Position numbers and translations under genes: made by a program. A stretch of DNA of 32,000 bases from Schaalia meyeri (GTDB lineage: Bacteria; Actinomycetota; Actinomycetes; Actinomycetales; Actinomycetaceae), in NCBI RefSeq assembly GCF_900105015.1, contig NZ_FNLK01000007.1, positions 1 to 32,000 of the forward strand, written 5' to 3'. Of the stretch, positions 1-8,352 are shown one piece after another (position 1 is the first letter of the stretch; each line of letters opens with the position of its first letter). The notes beneath the pieces are model-generated. The model was given only the letters and a program-made list of their open reading frames with translations, ran no database searches and was not told the DNA's origin.

Positions 1-1
1 C

Positions 2-1447
2 AAGCTCTCGCGCGTGCCTCTGGGCGTCGTCACGGGAAGGCCCTCCGGGAGTTTCAAGACCCTGATCATGGACACGGTGGAAAAGCTCGAGCTGCCTCTC
101 GCGCACATGATTCCAGAGCTGACCGCCAATCTGCTCGCGCCCATACTGATATTCGTCTACATGTTCTACCTGGACTGGCGCATCGCGCTTGTTTCGCTCG
201 TCACCATCCCCCTGGGGATCGCGTGTTACATGGGCATGCTCAAGGACTACGAGGTGCGCTACGCCCGCGTGCTGGCGGCCAACAAGAATATGGACGCCGC
301 CGTGGTCGAATACGTCGGCGGCATTCAGGTTATCAAGACGTTCAATCAGAACGCGCGTTCGTATGAGAAGTACATGAATGCCGTAAAGGAGAGCAGGGAC
401 ACCAAGGCCACGTGGTTCTCCCAGACGAACAAGTACTACGTGCTGGGGGTAATTGTCACGCCGGCATCGCTGCTGAGCGTGCTGCCGCTGGGCGCCTACC
501 TATACATGAACGCAGACATGGCCGCTTCCACCCTCATCACCTGCATCATCCTATCGCTCGGCATGGTCACACCCCTCATCCAGGCATTGCGCTATACCGA
601 CAGCCTGGCCATGGTCGACTCAACCGTGAAAGAGGTGTCTTCGCTGCTCGAAATCGAGGAGATGGACAGGCCCAGTGCCCCCGCTGCGATTCCGGATTAC
701 CGCATCGCATTCGATCACGTGTCGTTCGGATACGGCAGCGTCGAGGTGCTCCACGATGTAACGTTTGCGGCCGCACCCACGGGCATCACCGCACTGGTGG
801 GACCGAGCGGATCGGGAAAGTCGACCGTGGCGCGACTGATCGCATCGTTTTGGGAGGCAAGCGGAGGCACTGTTTCCATCGGTGGCGTAGACGTTCGCAA
901 CATGACCCTGGAACAGGTGATGGATACCGTCTCATACGTAACCCAGGACAACTACCTGTTCAACGTGCCCCTCGCGGAAAGCATTCGCATGGGCCGACCC
1001 GATGCGACCGACGAAGAGGTGCGCGAGGCCGCGCGCAAAGCCCGCTGCCACGACTTCATATCCAACCTGCCAGGCGGCTACGACACCCTTGCAGGAGATG
1101 CGGGCGGCCGATTGTCCGGCGGAGAGCGCCAGCGCGTGGCCATCGCGCGCGCCATCCTCAAGGACAGCCCGATCGTGCTGCTGGATGAAGCAACTGCCTT
1201 CACGGACCCGCTCAACGAGGTGGCTATCCAGCAATCCATATCCGAGCTCGTCGAGGACAAGATTCTCATCGTTATCGCACATCACCTGTCCACCATCGTG
1301 AATGCGAAGACCATCATCGTCCTCGACGACGGCAGGGTGAGCGCCCAGGGAACGCACACGGAGCTGCTGGAAACCAGCCCGCTCTATCGCAGCCTGTGGG
1401 AGGCCCAAAGCGACAGCCGCGACGAGGAATGCGGGGTGGGGGCATGA
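2..1447 (+). CDS. ABC transporter, fused permease/ATP-binding half-transporter (type I exporter fold); 5' end cut by window edge
   Basis: The reading frame is open from base 2. The TM region is followed by an NBD with Walker A GPSGSGKST, signature LSGGERQRVAIARA, Walker B VLLDEATAFTD and H-loop IAHHLST. The stop TGA is at 1445-1447. Confidence 0.9.
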   Translation, partial: KLSRVPLGVVTGRPSGSFKTLIMDTVEKLELPLAHMIPELTANLLAPILIFVYMFYLDWRIALVSLVTIPLGIACYMGMLKDYEVRYARVLAANKNMDAAVVEYVGGIQVIKTFNQNARSYEKYMNAVKESRDTKATWFSQTNKYYVLGVIVTPASLLSVLPLGAYLYMNADMAASTLITCIILSLGMVTPLIQALRYTDSLAMVDSTVKEVSSLLEIEEMDRPSAPAAIPDYRIAFDHVSFGYGSVEVLHDVTFAAAPTGITALVGPSGSGKSTVARLIASFWEASGGTVSIGGVDVRNMTLEQVMDTVSYVTQDNYLFNVPLAESIRMGRPDATDEEVREAARKARCHDFISNLPGGYDTLAGDAGGRLSGGERQRVAIARAILKDSPIVLLDEATAFTDPLNEVAIQQSISELVEDKILIVIAHHLSTIVNAKTIIVLDDGRVSAQGTHTELLETSPLYRSLWEAQSDSRDEECGVGA

Positions 1448-3240
1448 TACGGCTCATCAACAGACTCCTCGCGTTCTCGGGAACTCAGAGGAAACCGCTG
1501 CTCCTCTCGTTCCTGTTCACTGTTGTGAACGCCTTCTTTGAGGTCTTGCCCCTGCTCGCCGTGCTCGTGGTGCTGGTGGAGGTGCTCGACGGGCTCGCGG
1601 GCAAGCCTCTCACGGCGACGCCCGTATGGGCCTCGCTTTGCATCATGGGTGCCGCCGTCATCGGGCAGATAGTATCCACGAACCTCGCGTCATCCCGCCG
1701 CGTCTTCGGAAGCTTCTCGATGTGCGCAGGAAAGCGGCTCGAGATAGGCGAGCGACTCAAGCGCGTGCCCATGGGCTATTTTGACGAAAAGCGCCTGGGC
1801 GATATCACCGCGGCGACAACAACGACGCTCGACGACGTGGAGAACAATGCCGTGACCGTCATGGAGATCCTGGCCGGCGGTTTCCTCCAGGCCGCGGTAA
1901 TCTCCACCTGGCTGCTGGCCTACGAGTGGCGCATGGGGCTGCTCGCACTGACCGGGCTCGCCGCGGCCTTGCTGGTCTACATGCTGGCGCAGCGCGTCGG
2001 CGACGCCTATTCCCCGCGCCGTCAGGCCGCGCAGGCGAATCTGGTCGCATCACTCCTCGAGCATATCCAGGGCATGGCGGTCGTCAAGGCGTTCGGCCTG
2101 GGCACGCGCACGAATCGCAGGATCGACGAGGCCATTGCCGAAAGCTCGGCCGCCAACATCGCGCTGGAACGTGCCTTTTCTGCCGTGGCCTCCGTCTACC
2201 AGACGGTTTTTCGCATCATCCGCTCGGCGTTCCTCATCGTGACCCCCTATCTGTTGTTAGACGGGGAGGTATCGCCCGAAAAATGCCTGCTTCTCATCGT
2301 GGCCAGCTTCATGGTGTACTCCGCCGTGGAGGTCGCCGGCAGCGTGGCCTCTCTGGCGCGTGTTATCAACGTGTCGCTCGACCGCATAGATGGGGTCATG
2401 CGCATGCCGCTCATCGACGAAGACGGCGCGGATATTGTGCCGGAGACGTTCGATATTTCCGTCGAAAACATCACCTTCTGCTACTCCCCGGGCAAAAAGG
2501 TCATAGACAGCGTGAGCTTCGCGGTCCCGCAGGGAACGACCTGCGCCATCGTGGGGCTGTCGGGATCCGGGAAAACCACGCTGTGCAGCCTGATCGCACG
2601 CTTTTGGGATGTGGATGAGGGTCGGATCACCTTAGGCGGGGTGGACGTGCGCGATTACACGTGTGACAGCCTGCTGGCCAATTTTGCCATCGTTTTCCAA
2701 GACGTCTATCTGTTCAATGACACGATAGAGAACAACATCCGCTTCGGGTGCCCGGACGCGAGTGACGAAAAGGTGCGCGAGGCCGCGCGCAAAGCCCGCT
2801 GTCACGCGTTTATTTCGCAGCTGCCAAACGGTTACAAGACCATGGTGGGCGAGGGCGGAGCCTCGCTTTCCGGAGGGGAGAAGCAGCGCATATCCATCGC
2901 CCGCGCGCTGCTCAAAGACGCCCCCCTCGTGATTCTCGACGAAGCGACGGCCAGCGTGGATCCCGAGAACGAGCGGGAGCTTCAGCGTGCGATAGCCGAG
3001 CTCACGCGCGACAGGACCATCATCCTGATCGCGCATCACCTATCTACGGTGCGCGACGCCGAGCGCATCATCGTGCTTGACGAGGGGCGCATCGCGCAAA
3101 GCGGCACGCATTCTGAGCTCATGGCGCAAGAGGGGTTATACCGCCGCCTCGTTGAGACGCGCCGAAGCGCCATCGGCTGGAAGATTCCCAGCAAAGCGGA
3201 CGGAAAGAACGCGCCCTCCAATTTCCAAAGGAGGAAGTGA
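1444..3240 (+). CDS. ABC transporter, fused permease/ATP-binding half-transporter (partner of the upstream gene; heterodimeric exporter-fold pair)
   Basis: The ATG at 1444 overlaps the upstream stop (ATGA), giving MIRLINRLLAFSG. I prefer it to the track start at 1396, which lies inside the upstream gene. Motifs are Walker A GLSGSGKTT, signature LSGGEKQRISIARA, Walker B VILDEATASVD and IAHHLST. Confidence 0.9.
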   Translation: MIRLINRLLAFSGTQRKPLLLSFLFTVVNAFFEVLPLLAVLVVLVEVLDGLAGKPLTATPVWASLCIMGAAVIGQIVSTNLASSRRVFGSFSMCAGKRLEIGERLKRVPMGYFDEKRLGDITAATTTTLDDVENNAVTVMEILAGGFLQAAVISTWLLAYEWRMGLLALTGLAAALLVYMLAQRVGDAYSPRRQAAQANLVASLLEHIQGMAVVKAFGLGTRTNRRIDEAIAESSAANIALERAFSAVASVYQTVFRIIRSAFLIVTPYLLLDGEVSPEKCLLLIVASFMVYSAVEVAGSVASLARVINVSLDRIDGVMRMPLIDEDGADIVPETFDISVENITFCYSPGKKVIDSVSFAVPQGTTCAIVGLSGSGKTTLCSLIARFWDVDEGRITLGGVDVRDYTCDSLLANFAIVFQDVYLFNDTIENNIRFGCPDASDEKVREAARKARCHAFISQLPNGYKTMVGEGGASLSGGEKQRISIARALLKDAPLVILDEATASVDPENERELQRAIAELTRDRTIILIAHHLSTVRDAERIIVLDEGRIAQSGTHSELMAQEGLYRRLVETRRSAIGWKIPSKADGKNAPSNFQRRK

Positions 3241-3242
3241 AC

Positions 3243-3842
3243 GTGGAAGACGGAAAATGGACGATCAAAGACGTCATCTCGACGATGCTCATCTCCATGT
3301 TCATGATCGTCATTCACGTCGTGATCACCCTTGTGTGCATGCCCAACAATTTCGTGAGCATGGTGCTGTCAACAGCGTTCGCCGCGTTCTTTTGCGGAGT
3401 GGTGTACATGCTGTTGGCGACGCGCGTGGGCAAACACGGCTGCACCCTCATCTACACCACATTGCTGGGAATCGTCTACCTGATATCAGGGAACTGGTAC
3501 CTGACCCCGTGGTTCATCATCGTGGGCCTGATCTGTGAGCTCATCCTGATCAAAAAGGGCTCGTATCACAGCAACAAGAGGGTCATCGCCTCGTGGTCCG
3601 TCAACGGGCTCCTGCACCAAGGCACCAACTTCCTGCCCATCCTGTTCTTCTGGGACACGTACTACGCCTTCGCCATGCAATCGGGAATGGAACAGAGCTA
3701 CGTGGACTCCTACCTGTACTACTACACCACCCCGTCCTGGATCGTGTTCATCACAATCCTTACCCTAGTGCTGGCCTTTCTCGGCGCTCTTGTCGGCGCA
3801 AGGCTCATGAACAAGCATTTTGGGAAGGCGGGTGTGCTGTAG
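3243..3842 (+). CDS. ECF transporter substrate-capture (S) component, MptD/Trep_Strep-like small polytopic membrane protein
   Basis: About 200 aa and very hydrophobic, with roughly 6 TM segments and a mildly basic C-terminus (NKHFGKAGVL). It sits directly upstream of the ECF T and A genes. The RBS AAGGAGG at 3228-3234 fits the GTG at 3243 (8-nt spacer) better than the GTG at 3237, which overlaps the upstream stop as GTGA. The family call is by recollection of TIGR02185-type proteins, not a search. Confidence 0.7.
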   Translation: MEDGKWTIKDVISTMLISMFMIVIHVVITLVCMPNNFVSMVLSTAFAAFFCGVVYMLLATRVGKHGCTLIYTTLLGIVYLISGNWYLTPWFIIVGLICELILIKKGSYHSNKRVIASWSVNGLLHQGTNFLPILFFWDTYYAFAMQSGMEQSYVDSYLYYYTTPSWIVFITILTLVLAFLGALVGARLMNKHFGKAGVL

Positions 3843-3843
3843 G

Positions 3844-4542
3844 GTGTCGGACGGCCGCTCGTTGAAGGTACCCGTCAAGCTCTGTGCCTTCGCATGCGTG
3901 CTGGCCTGCTCGGCGCTGACGACCAACCCGGTCATGCTCGGCTTCCCCACCCTGCTGTCGCTGCTTTGCGTGGCAATGCAGGGCAGGGGACGCTTGGCGC
4001 TGTCCTTTGCGGCCACCTATGCCGTGATCGCACTCCTGCTCTGCCTGATCCGATTCCACGGCCTGCACATGATCGTGTTCTCGGAATTCCATGTCCTGCT
4101 GCTGTGGACCATGTCGCCCGCCATTGTGATGGGATGGGATCTCGTCACCACCCCGCCGGGTGATCTTTCGGCGTTTCTCTCCAGGCTACGTGCACCCGCG
4201 CCCCTCATCCTGGGAGTGCTCGTCGCGTTCCGTTTCTTCCCCACCATGGCGGCCCAGCTCGCACGCATCGTCCAATCCATGCGCAACCGTGCTCTCACCG
4301 CTCCCACGCGCATGATTGCCCACCCCGCCGCGAGCTGCGAGTACATCATCGTGCCCCTCATGCTGCGGTGCCTCCAGATAGCCGACCAGCTCACCGTGTC
4401 CGCCGTTGCGCGCGGGGCACAAAGAAACGGCATTCGGGGCAGCTATTACGGACGTCCCTACCTGGTGAGGGATTGGATCTGGCTCTCCGTTTGGATAACG
4501 GGAACCGTGGCCTTTCTTTTCGCGGCGGGAACGAAACCATGA
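3844..4542 (+). CDS. ECF transporter transmembrane (T) component, EcfT/CbiQ family
   Basis: Polytopic membrane protein carrying the A-x-R-G coupling-helix type motif (SAVARGAQRNG). It sits between the S component and the ATPase. The start is ambiguous: GTG 3844, two nt after the S-gene stop, or TTG 3820 overlapping it. The stop TGA at 4540-4542 overlaps the next ATG. Confidence 0.75.
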   Translation: MSDGRSLKVPVKLCAFACVLACSALTTNPVMLGFPTLLSLLCVAMQGRGRLALSFAATYAVIALLLCLIRFHGLHMIVFSEFHVLLLWTMSPAIVMGWDLVTTPPGDLSAFLSRLRAPAPLILGVLVAFRFFPTMAAQLARIVQSMRNRALTAPTRMIAHPAASCEYIIVPLMLRCLQIADQLTVSAVARGAQRNGIRGSYYGRPYLVRDWIWLSVWITGTVAFLFAAGTKP

Positions 4543-5969
4543 TTCGCCTCGAACACGTTTCGTTCCATTACCGGGGCGGCGACTACGGTGTCACCGACAT
4601 CAACCTGCGTGTGCCCCCGGGCGCGTGCGTGGTGCTGTGCGGAGCATCGGGCTGCGGGAAAACCACACTGACACGGCTGATCAACGGCCTCGCACCTCGT
4701 TTCTACCGGGGGACGCTCGAAGGGGCGGTAAGAGTCGGGGGCAAAGAGGTGCCCCGCACCCCCTCGTGGGAGATAACCGCACGCGTGGGCAGCGTATTCC
4801 AGGATCCCTCGAGCCAGTTCTTTTCGTCGGAGCTGCCCGGCGAGGTGGCCTTCGCCTGCGAAAATCTGGGGATGCCCCAGGACGAGGTGCGTCGCCGCAC
4901 CGATGCCGCAATCGCCACGATGGCGCTCGAGTGCATCCGCGACCACCCGCTCGACTGTCTCTCGAGCGGCGAAAAGCAGCGGGTTGCCATCGCCTCGGTC
5001 TGCGCCCCGGCGCCAAAGACCCTCGTATTCGACGAGCCCACCGCAAACCTCGACGCAGAAGGCGAGCGCCGACTCGCGCGCATCGTGAGGCGTTTCAAAG
5101 ACGAAGGGTTCACCCAGATCATCGCCGAGCACCGCCTTGCCTGGCTCGACGGCGTAGCCGACCTCTATGTCCGACTCGAGAACGGACGTATTCTGGAGGA
5201 ATTGACGCGGCACACCATGCGTTCGATGAGCGTGCGTGAGCGCCAACGACGCGGCCTGCGCTCGCCGACGCCCGTTTGCACACCCAAATTGCCCCCTCCC
5301 CACGGCATCGCTCCCTCGATCCATACGGTGGAGCTCGCGTGCAAAAGAGGCACACGCACCATTTGGGAGGGGCTCAACCTGCGCTTTTTTCCGGGTCGCA
5401 TAACCGCCATTACCGGGGGTAACGGCGTGGGGAAGACGAGTCTGGGAACAATTTTCGCGGGGCTTTCGCGCCCGAGCAAAGGGAGCGTCTTCGTGGGAGG
5501 AAAGAAGCTGCGCGGCGCGCGGCGACGCAGGTCCGTGTGGTTCTGTTCAAACGACACCGGCACGCAATTCTTCACGAGCTCGGTGACGGACGAGCTGCTG
5601 GTGGATGCGGAGCCGACCGATCAGACCAGGGAACGCACGCGTGCGATGCTCAAGCGACTGGGGCTCTACGAGTTCAGGGAGGCGCACCCCGCGTCCCTCT
5701 CGGGAGGCCAGCGTCAGCGGCTCGCCATCGCCTGCGCCCTGCTCTCAAACCGCAACGTGCTCATATTCGATGAACCGACGAGCGGGGTGGACGATGCGAA
5801 CATGACAATCATCGCCCGAGAACTGGCCGCGGCCGCGCGAGAGGAGAAAAGCATCCTGGTTATCACGCACGACAACGAGTTCATGGCCGCTTGCTGCGAT
5901 AGTGAATACTGCCTCGACGGTCTCACGACGACACAAAGAGGCCCGCTGCCAACGCCAGATGAGCGCTGA
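4539..5969 (+). CDS. ECF transporter fused double ATPase (EcfA-EcfA' in one polypeptide)
   Basis: The ATG at 4539 overlaps the T-gene stop (ATGA), giving MIRLEHVSFHY. There are two NBDs. NBD1 has GASGCGKTT, LSSGEKQRVAIA and LVFDEPTANLD. NBD2 has GGNGVGKTS, LSGGQRQRLAIA and LIFDEPTSGVD. The track start at 4368 lies inside the T gene and is rejected. Confidence 0.9.
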   Translation: MIRLEHVSFHYRGGDYGVTDINLRVPPGACVVLCGASGCGKTTLTRLINGLAPRFYRGTLEGAVRVGGKEVPRTPSWEITARVGSVFQDPSSQFFSSELPGEVAFACENLGMPQDEVRRRTDAAIATMALECIRDHPLDCLSSGEKQRVAIASVCAPAPKTLVFDEPTANLDAEGERRLARIVRRFKDEGFTQIIAEHRLAWLDGVADLYVRLENGRILEELTRHTMRSMSVRERQRRGLRSPTPVCTPKLPPPHGIAPSIHTVELACKRGTRTIWEGLNLRFFPGRITAITGGNGVGKTSLGTIFAGLSRPSKGSVFVGGKKLRGARRRRSVWFCSNDTGTQFFTSSVTDELLVDAEPTDQTRERTRAMLKRLGLYEFREAHPASLSGGQRQRLAIACALLSNRNVLIFDEPTSGVDDANMTIIARELAAAAREEKSILVITHDNEFMAACCDSEYCLDGLTTTQRGPLPTPDER

Positions 5970-5990
5970 GGGCTCCTCACCCACGGCGCC

Positions 5991-6019
5991 AAGAAAAACC
6001 CCCGGCGGGCAAGCCGGGG
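5991..6019 (-). terminator. Intrinsic terminator after tRNA-His (may also stop the converging ABC/ECF operon)
   Basis: A 7-bp GC stem CCCCGGC (6000-6006) pairs with GCCGGGG (6013-6019) around a 6-nt loop. On the minus strand it is followed by TTTTTCTT (complement of 5991-5998). Confidence 0.55.
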
Positions 6020-6023
6020 CCAG

Positions 6024-6100
6024 TGGGGTGGCTGACGGGACTCGAACCCGCGACGTCCTGGACCACAACCAGGTGCTCTACCAACTGAACTACAGCCACC
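6024..6100 (-). tRNA. tRNA-His (anticodon GTG)
   Basis: Folded by hand as a 77-nt cloverleaf. The acceptor is GTGGCTG/CAGCCAC, with an encoded extra G(-1) opposite C73, as expected for tRNA-His. The anticodon arm is CCTGG-TTGTGGT-CCAGG, the T arm is GCGGG-TTCGAGT-CCCGT, and the 3' CCA is encoded. Confidence 0.95.
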
Positions 6101-6187
6101 ATGGTTGCCCTGAAGGCAACGGATAGAGCTTAGCATTACCCGCGCGAGCTTGAAAACTCGAGCATAACACCACGGCGGTGGCGTGCG

Positions 6188-7105
6188 TCACCAGTGTGCG
6201 CGCGCGGAGATCGCGTCGGCAAAGTTACCCAGCGCATTGGGCGTCGCCCCCAGGTACAGGTCGGCGTCCACCAGGGATACCTCCATGACCAGGAACGAGC
6301 CCCTGCCGTCGGGCACGAGGTCCACTCGGTTGAACAGGAACTGCTCGTCGTGCCCCAGGCGCGAACGCACGTAGTCGTGCAGGACCCGGCGAATCTCCTG
6401 GCCCCACTTCCATGCAACGGAGTCGGCAGGCTCGGCGGTCACCACGGCCTCGTGGACCGTTGGGTCGGTGATGGACGCGGGATGCAGGGCGGAGCGTTTC
6501 TCGACAGCATGAGAGACCAGACCGTTGAAGAAGACAAGCGATATTTCACCGTGCAGATCGATCTCCTCCACGTAGCGCTGGATCATGACGGAGCGCCCCT
6601 CGCCCAACAGCCCCTGGACCTGACGCATCGCCGCCTGACGCTGGCGTATGTCGACGGTCGTGTAGCGGCCGATGTCGCGCACGCCGGAGGAGACCGCCGG
6701 TTTGACGACGAACTCGCCGAAGGCCGGGAAACGGGTGTGAATCTGGTGCTTGGACAGCTTCTGTTCCGGCTCGAGCCAGCTCGTTAGAATCGTGGGCATC
6801 CCCAGGGCGGCCAGATCCTTGAGGTAGTGCTTGTCGCTGTTCCAGTCCAGCACGTCGACAGAGTTCTGCACGCGACGCAGCCCTCGGGTCCACTCCAGGA
6901 ACGCCGCGCGGTCCTGGGCGTAGTCGGACACGGAGCGCACGACGACCATGCCCGCCCGGGACCAGTCGACGTCGGGATCGTTCCACACCTTGATCTGCGG
7001 GTCACAGCCGCGCGCAGCCAACTCGTCGAGGAGGCCTTCCTCGCCGTGGAAGAGGGTGGGCAGGGACTTGCAGGTAACCAGGGTGACTTTAGGGTGTGTC
7101 GACAT
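6188..7105 (-). CDS. ATP-grasp domain protein of unknown specificity (RimK/GshB-like fold)
   Basis: 305 aa. The N-terminal pre-ATP-grasp pattern is VTLVTC..(W)NDPDVDWSRAGMVVVRSVSDY, and the C-terminal Mg/ATP region is RVDLVPDGRGSFLVMEVSLVDADLY. The RBS GAAGGA lies upstream of the ATG at 7105. The gene is 62 nt downstream of ddl on the same strand. Confidence 0.7.
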   Translation of the reverse strand: MSTHPKVTLVTCKSLPTLFHGEEGLLDELAARGCDPQIKVWNDPDVDWSRAGMVVVRSVSDYAQDRAAFLEWTRGLRRVQNSVDVLDWNSDKHYLKDLAALGMPTILTSWLEPEQKLSKHQIHTRFPAFGEFVVKPAVSSGVRDIGRYTTVDIRQRQAAMRQVQGLLGEGRSVMIQRYVEEIDLHGEISLVFFNGLVSHAVEKRSALHPASITDPTVHEAVVTAEPADSVAWKWGQEIRRVLHDYVRSRLGHDEQFLFNRVDLVPDGRGSFLVMEVSLVDADLYLGATPNALGNFADAISARAHW

Positions 7106-7167
7106 GAATGTCCTTCGGTGTCGTGGGGAGGGAACGCAGGGACGCGGCCTTGGAGCAGTCGGAAAAC

Positions 7168-8304
7168 CTAACGCAGGCCGAGGGGACGCCCCGAAGCCTC
7201 GGTGAGTAGTTCGCTCAGCAGGTCAGAGTAGTTCAGCCCGGCCGCGGCCCACATCTGCCGATACATCGAGATGGGGGTGAATCCGGGCATCGTGTTGACT
7301 TCGTTGATGATCACCGCGTCGGTGGCCTCGTCCAGGAAGAAGTCGACGCGGGCCAGGCCTTCGCATTCGAGGGCGTCGAACGCACGCCACGCGGTTTCGC
7401 GGATACGCTGAGCGTAAGCGGGGCTGACCTCGGCCGGGCAGCACAATCCGACGACGTCGTCCACGTACTTGTGTTCGTAGTCGTAGAACTCCCCCTCGGG
7501 CAGAGCGATCTCGCCCAGCGGCGCGGTGCCGGTACTCCAGTCGGAACGGGAACCGAGGACGCCGCATTCGATCTCTCGGCCGCTGATGGAGGCTTCGACG
7601 ATGACGCGCGGGTCGAGGTTGGCCGCCTCCTTGATGGCGACGGGCAGGTCCTCACGGCAGGTCACTCGCGAGATCCCGACGGAGGAACCGGCACGGCAGG
7701 GCTTCACGAAGACGGGGAAGCCCAGGCGCTCAATGCGCTGCACGCACGCGGCGGGATCCGCATCCCACTGGCGAGCGGTAACCAGCTCCCACCGGCCGAC
7801 GTTGATGCCGGCGGCAGCCAGGACGGTCTTCGTCAAGTGCTTGTCCATGGCGATGGCCGAGGAGGTGACGCCGCATCCGACGTACCGCACGCCGGCCATC
7901 TCGAACAGCCCCTGGATGGTGCCGTCCTCACCGTACGGGCCGTGCAGGAGAGGGAAAACAATATCGACGTGACCGAGGTCCTCCACGCCCACGACGCGCG
8001 AACCGGGGGCGTTAGGATCCCCCTCGTAGGTGAGCTCAACGAGGTTACCCTCTCCCGGGGTGAGCGCCACGCGGGTCGACCCGGGCGTGACGGACTGGCC
8101 CTTCCCGTCCTTGAACGCCAGCGCCGAGGGGTCGTCGGCAACGCGCACCCACTGGCCATCCCGCGTGATTCCCAGCGGGATCACGTCCCACTTGGAACGG
8201 TCGATGGCGGTCAGGATTCCGGCGGCAGTCGCGCAGGAAACTTCGTGCTCGCAGGAGCGCCCACCGAAGACGATGAGGACGCGGGGACGAGAAATCGCAG
8301 TCAT
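7168..8304 (-). CDS. ddl: D-alanine--D-alanine ligase
   Basis: 378 aa. The N-terminus RVLIVFGGRSCEHEVSCATAAG is typical of Ddl. It has a central ATP-grasp domain and a C-terminal INEVNTMPGFTPISMY motif. Confidence 0.95.
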   Translation of the reverse strand: MTAISRPRVLIVFGGRSCEHEVSCATAAGILTAIDRSKWDVIPLGITRDGQWVRVADDPSALAFKDGKGQSVTPGSTRVALTPGEGNLVELTYEGDPNAPGSRVVGVEDLGHVDIVFPLLHGPYGEDGTIQGLFEMAGVRYVGCGVTSSAIAMDKHLTKTVLAAAGINVGRWELVTARQWDADPAACVQRIERLGFPVFVKPCRAGSSVGISRVTCREDLPVAIKEAANLDPRVIVEASISGREIECGVLGSRSDWSTGTAPLGEIALPEGEFYDYEHKYVDDVVGLCCPAEVSPAYAQRIRETAWRAFDALECEGLARVDFFLDEATDAVIINEVNTMPGFTPISMYRQMWAAAGLNYSDLLSELLTEASGRPLGLR

Positions 8305-8352
8305 AGGTCCAAGACTACCGCCAAAGTCGCCCCTCGCCCCAGCGGGTGACCC

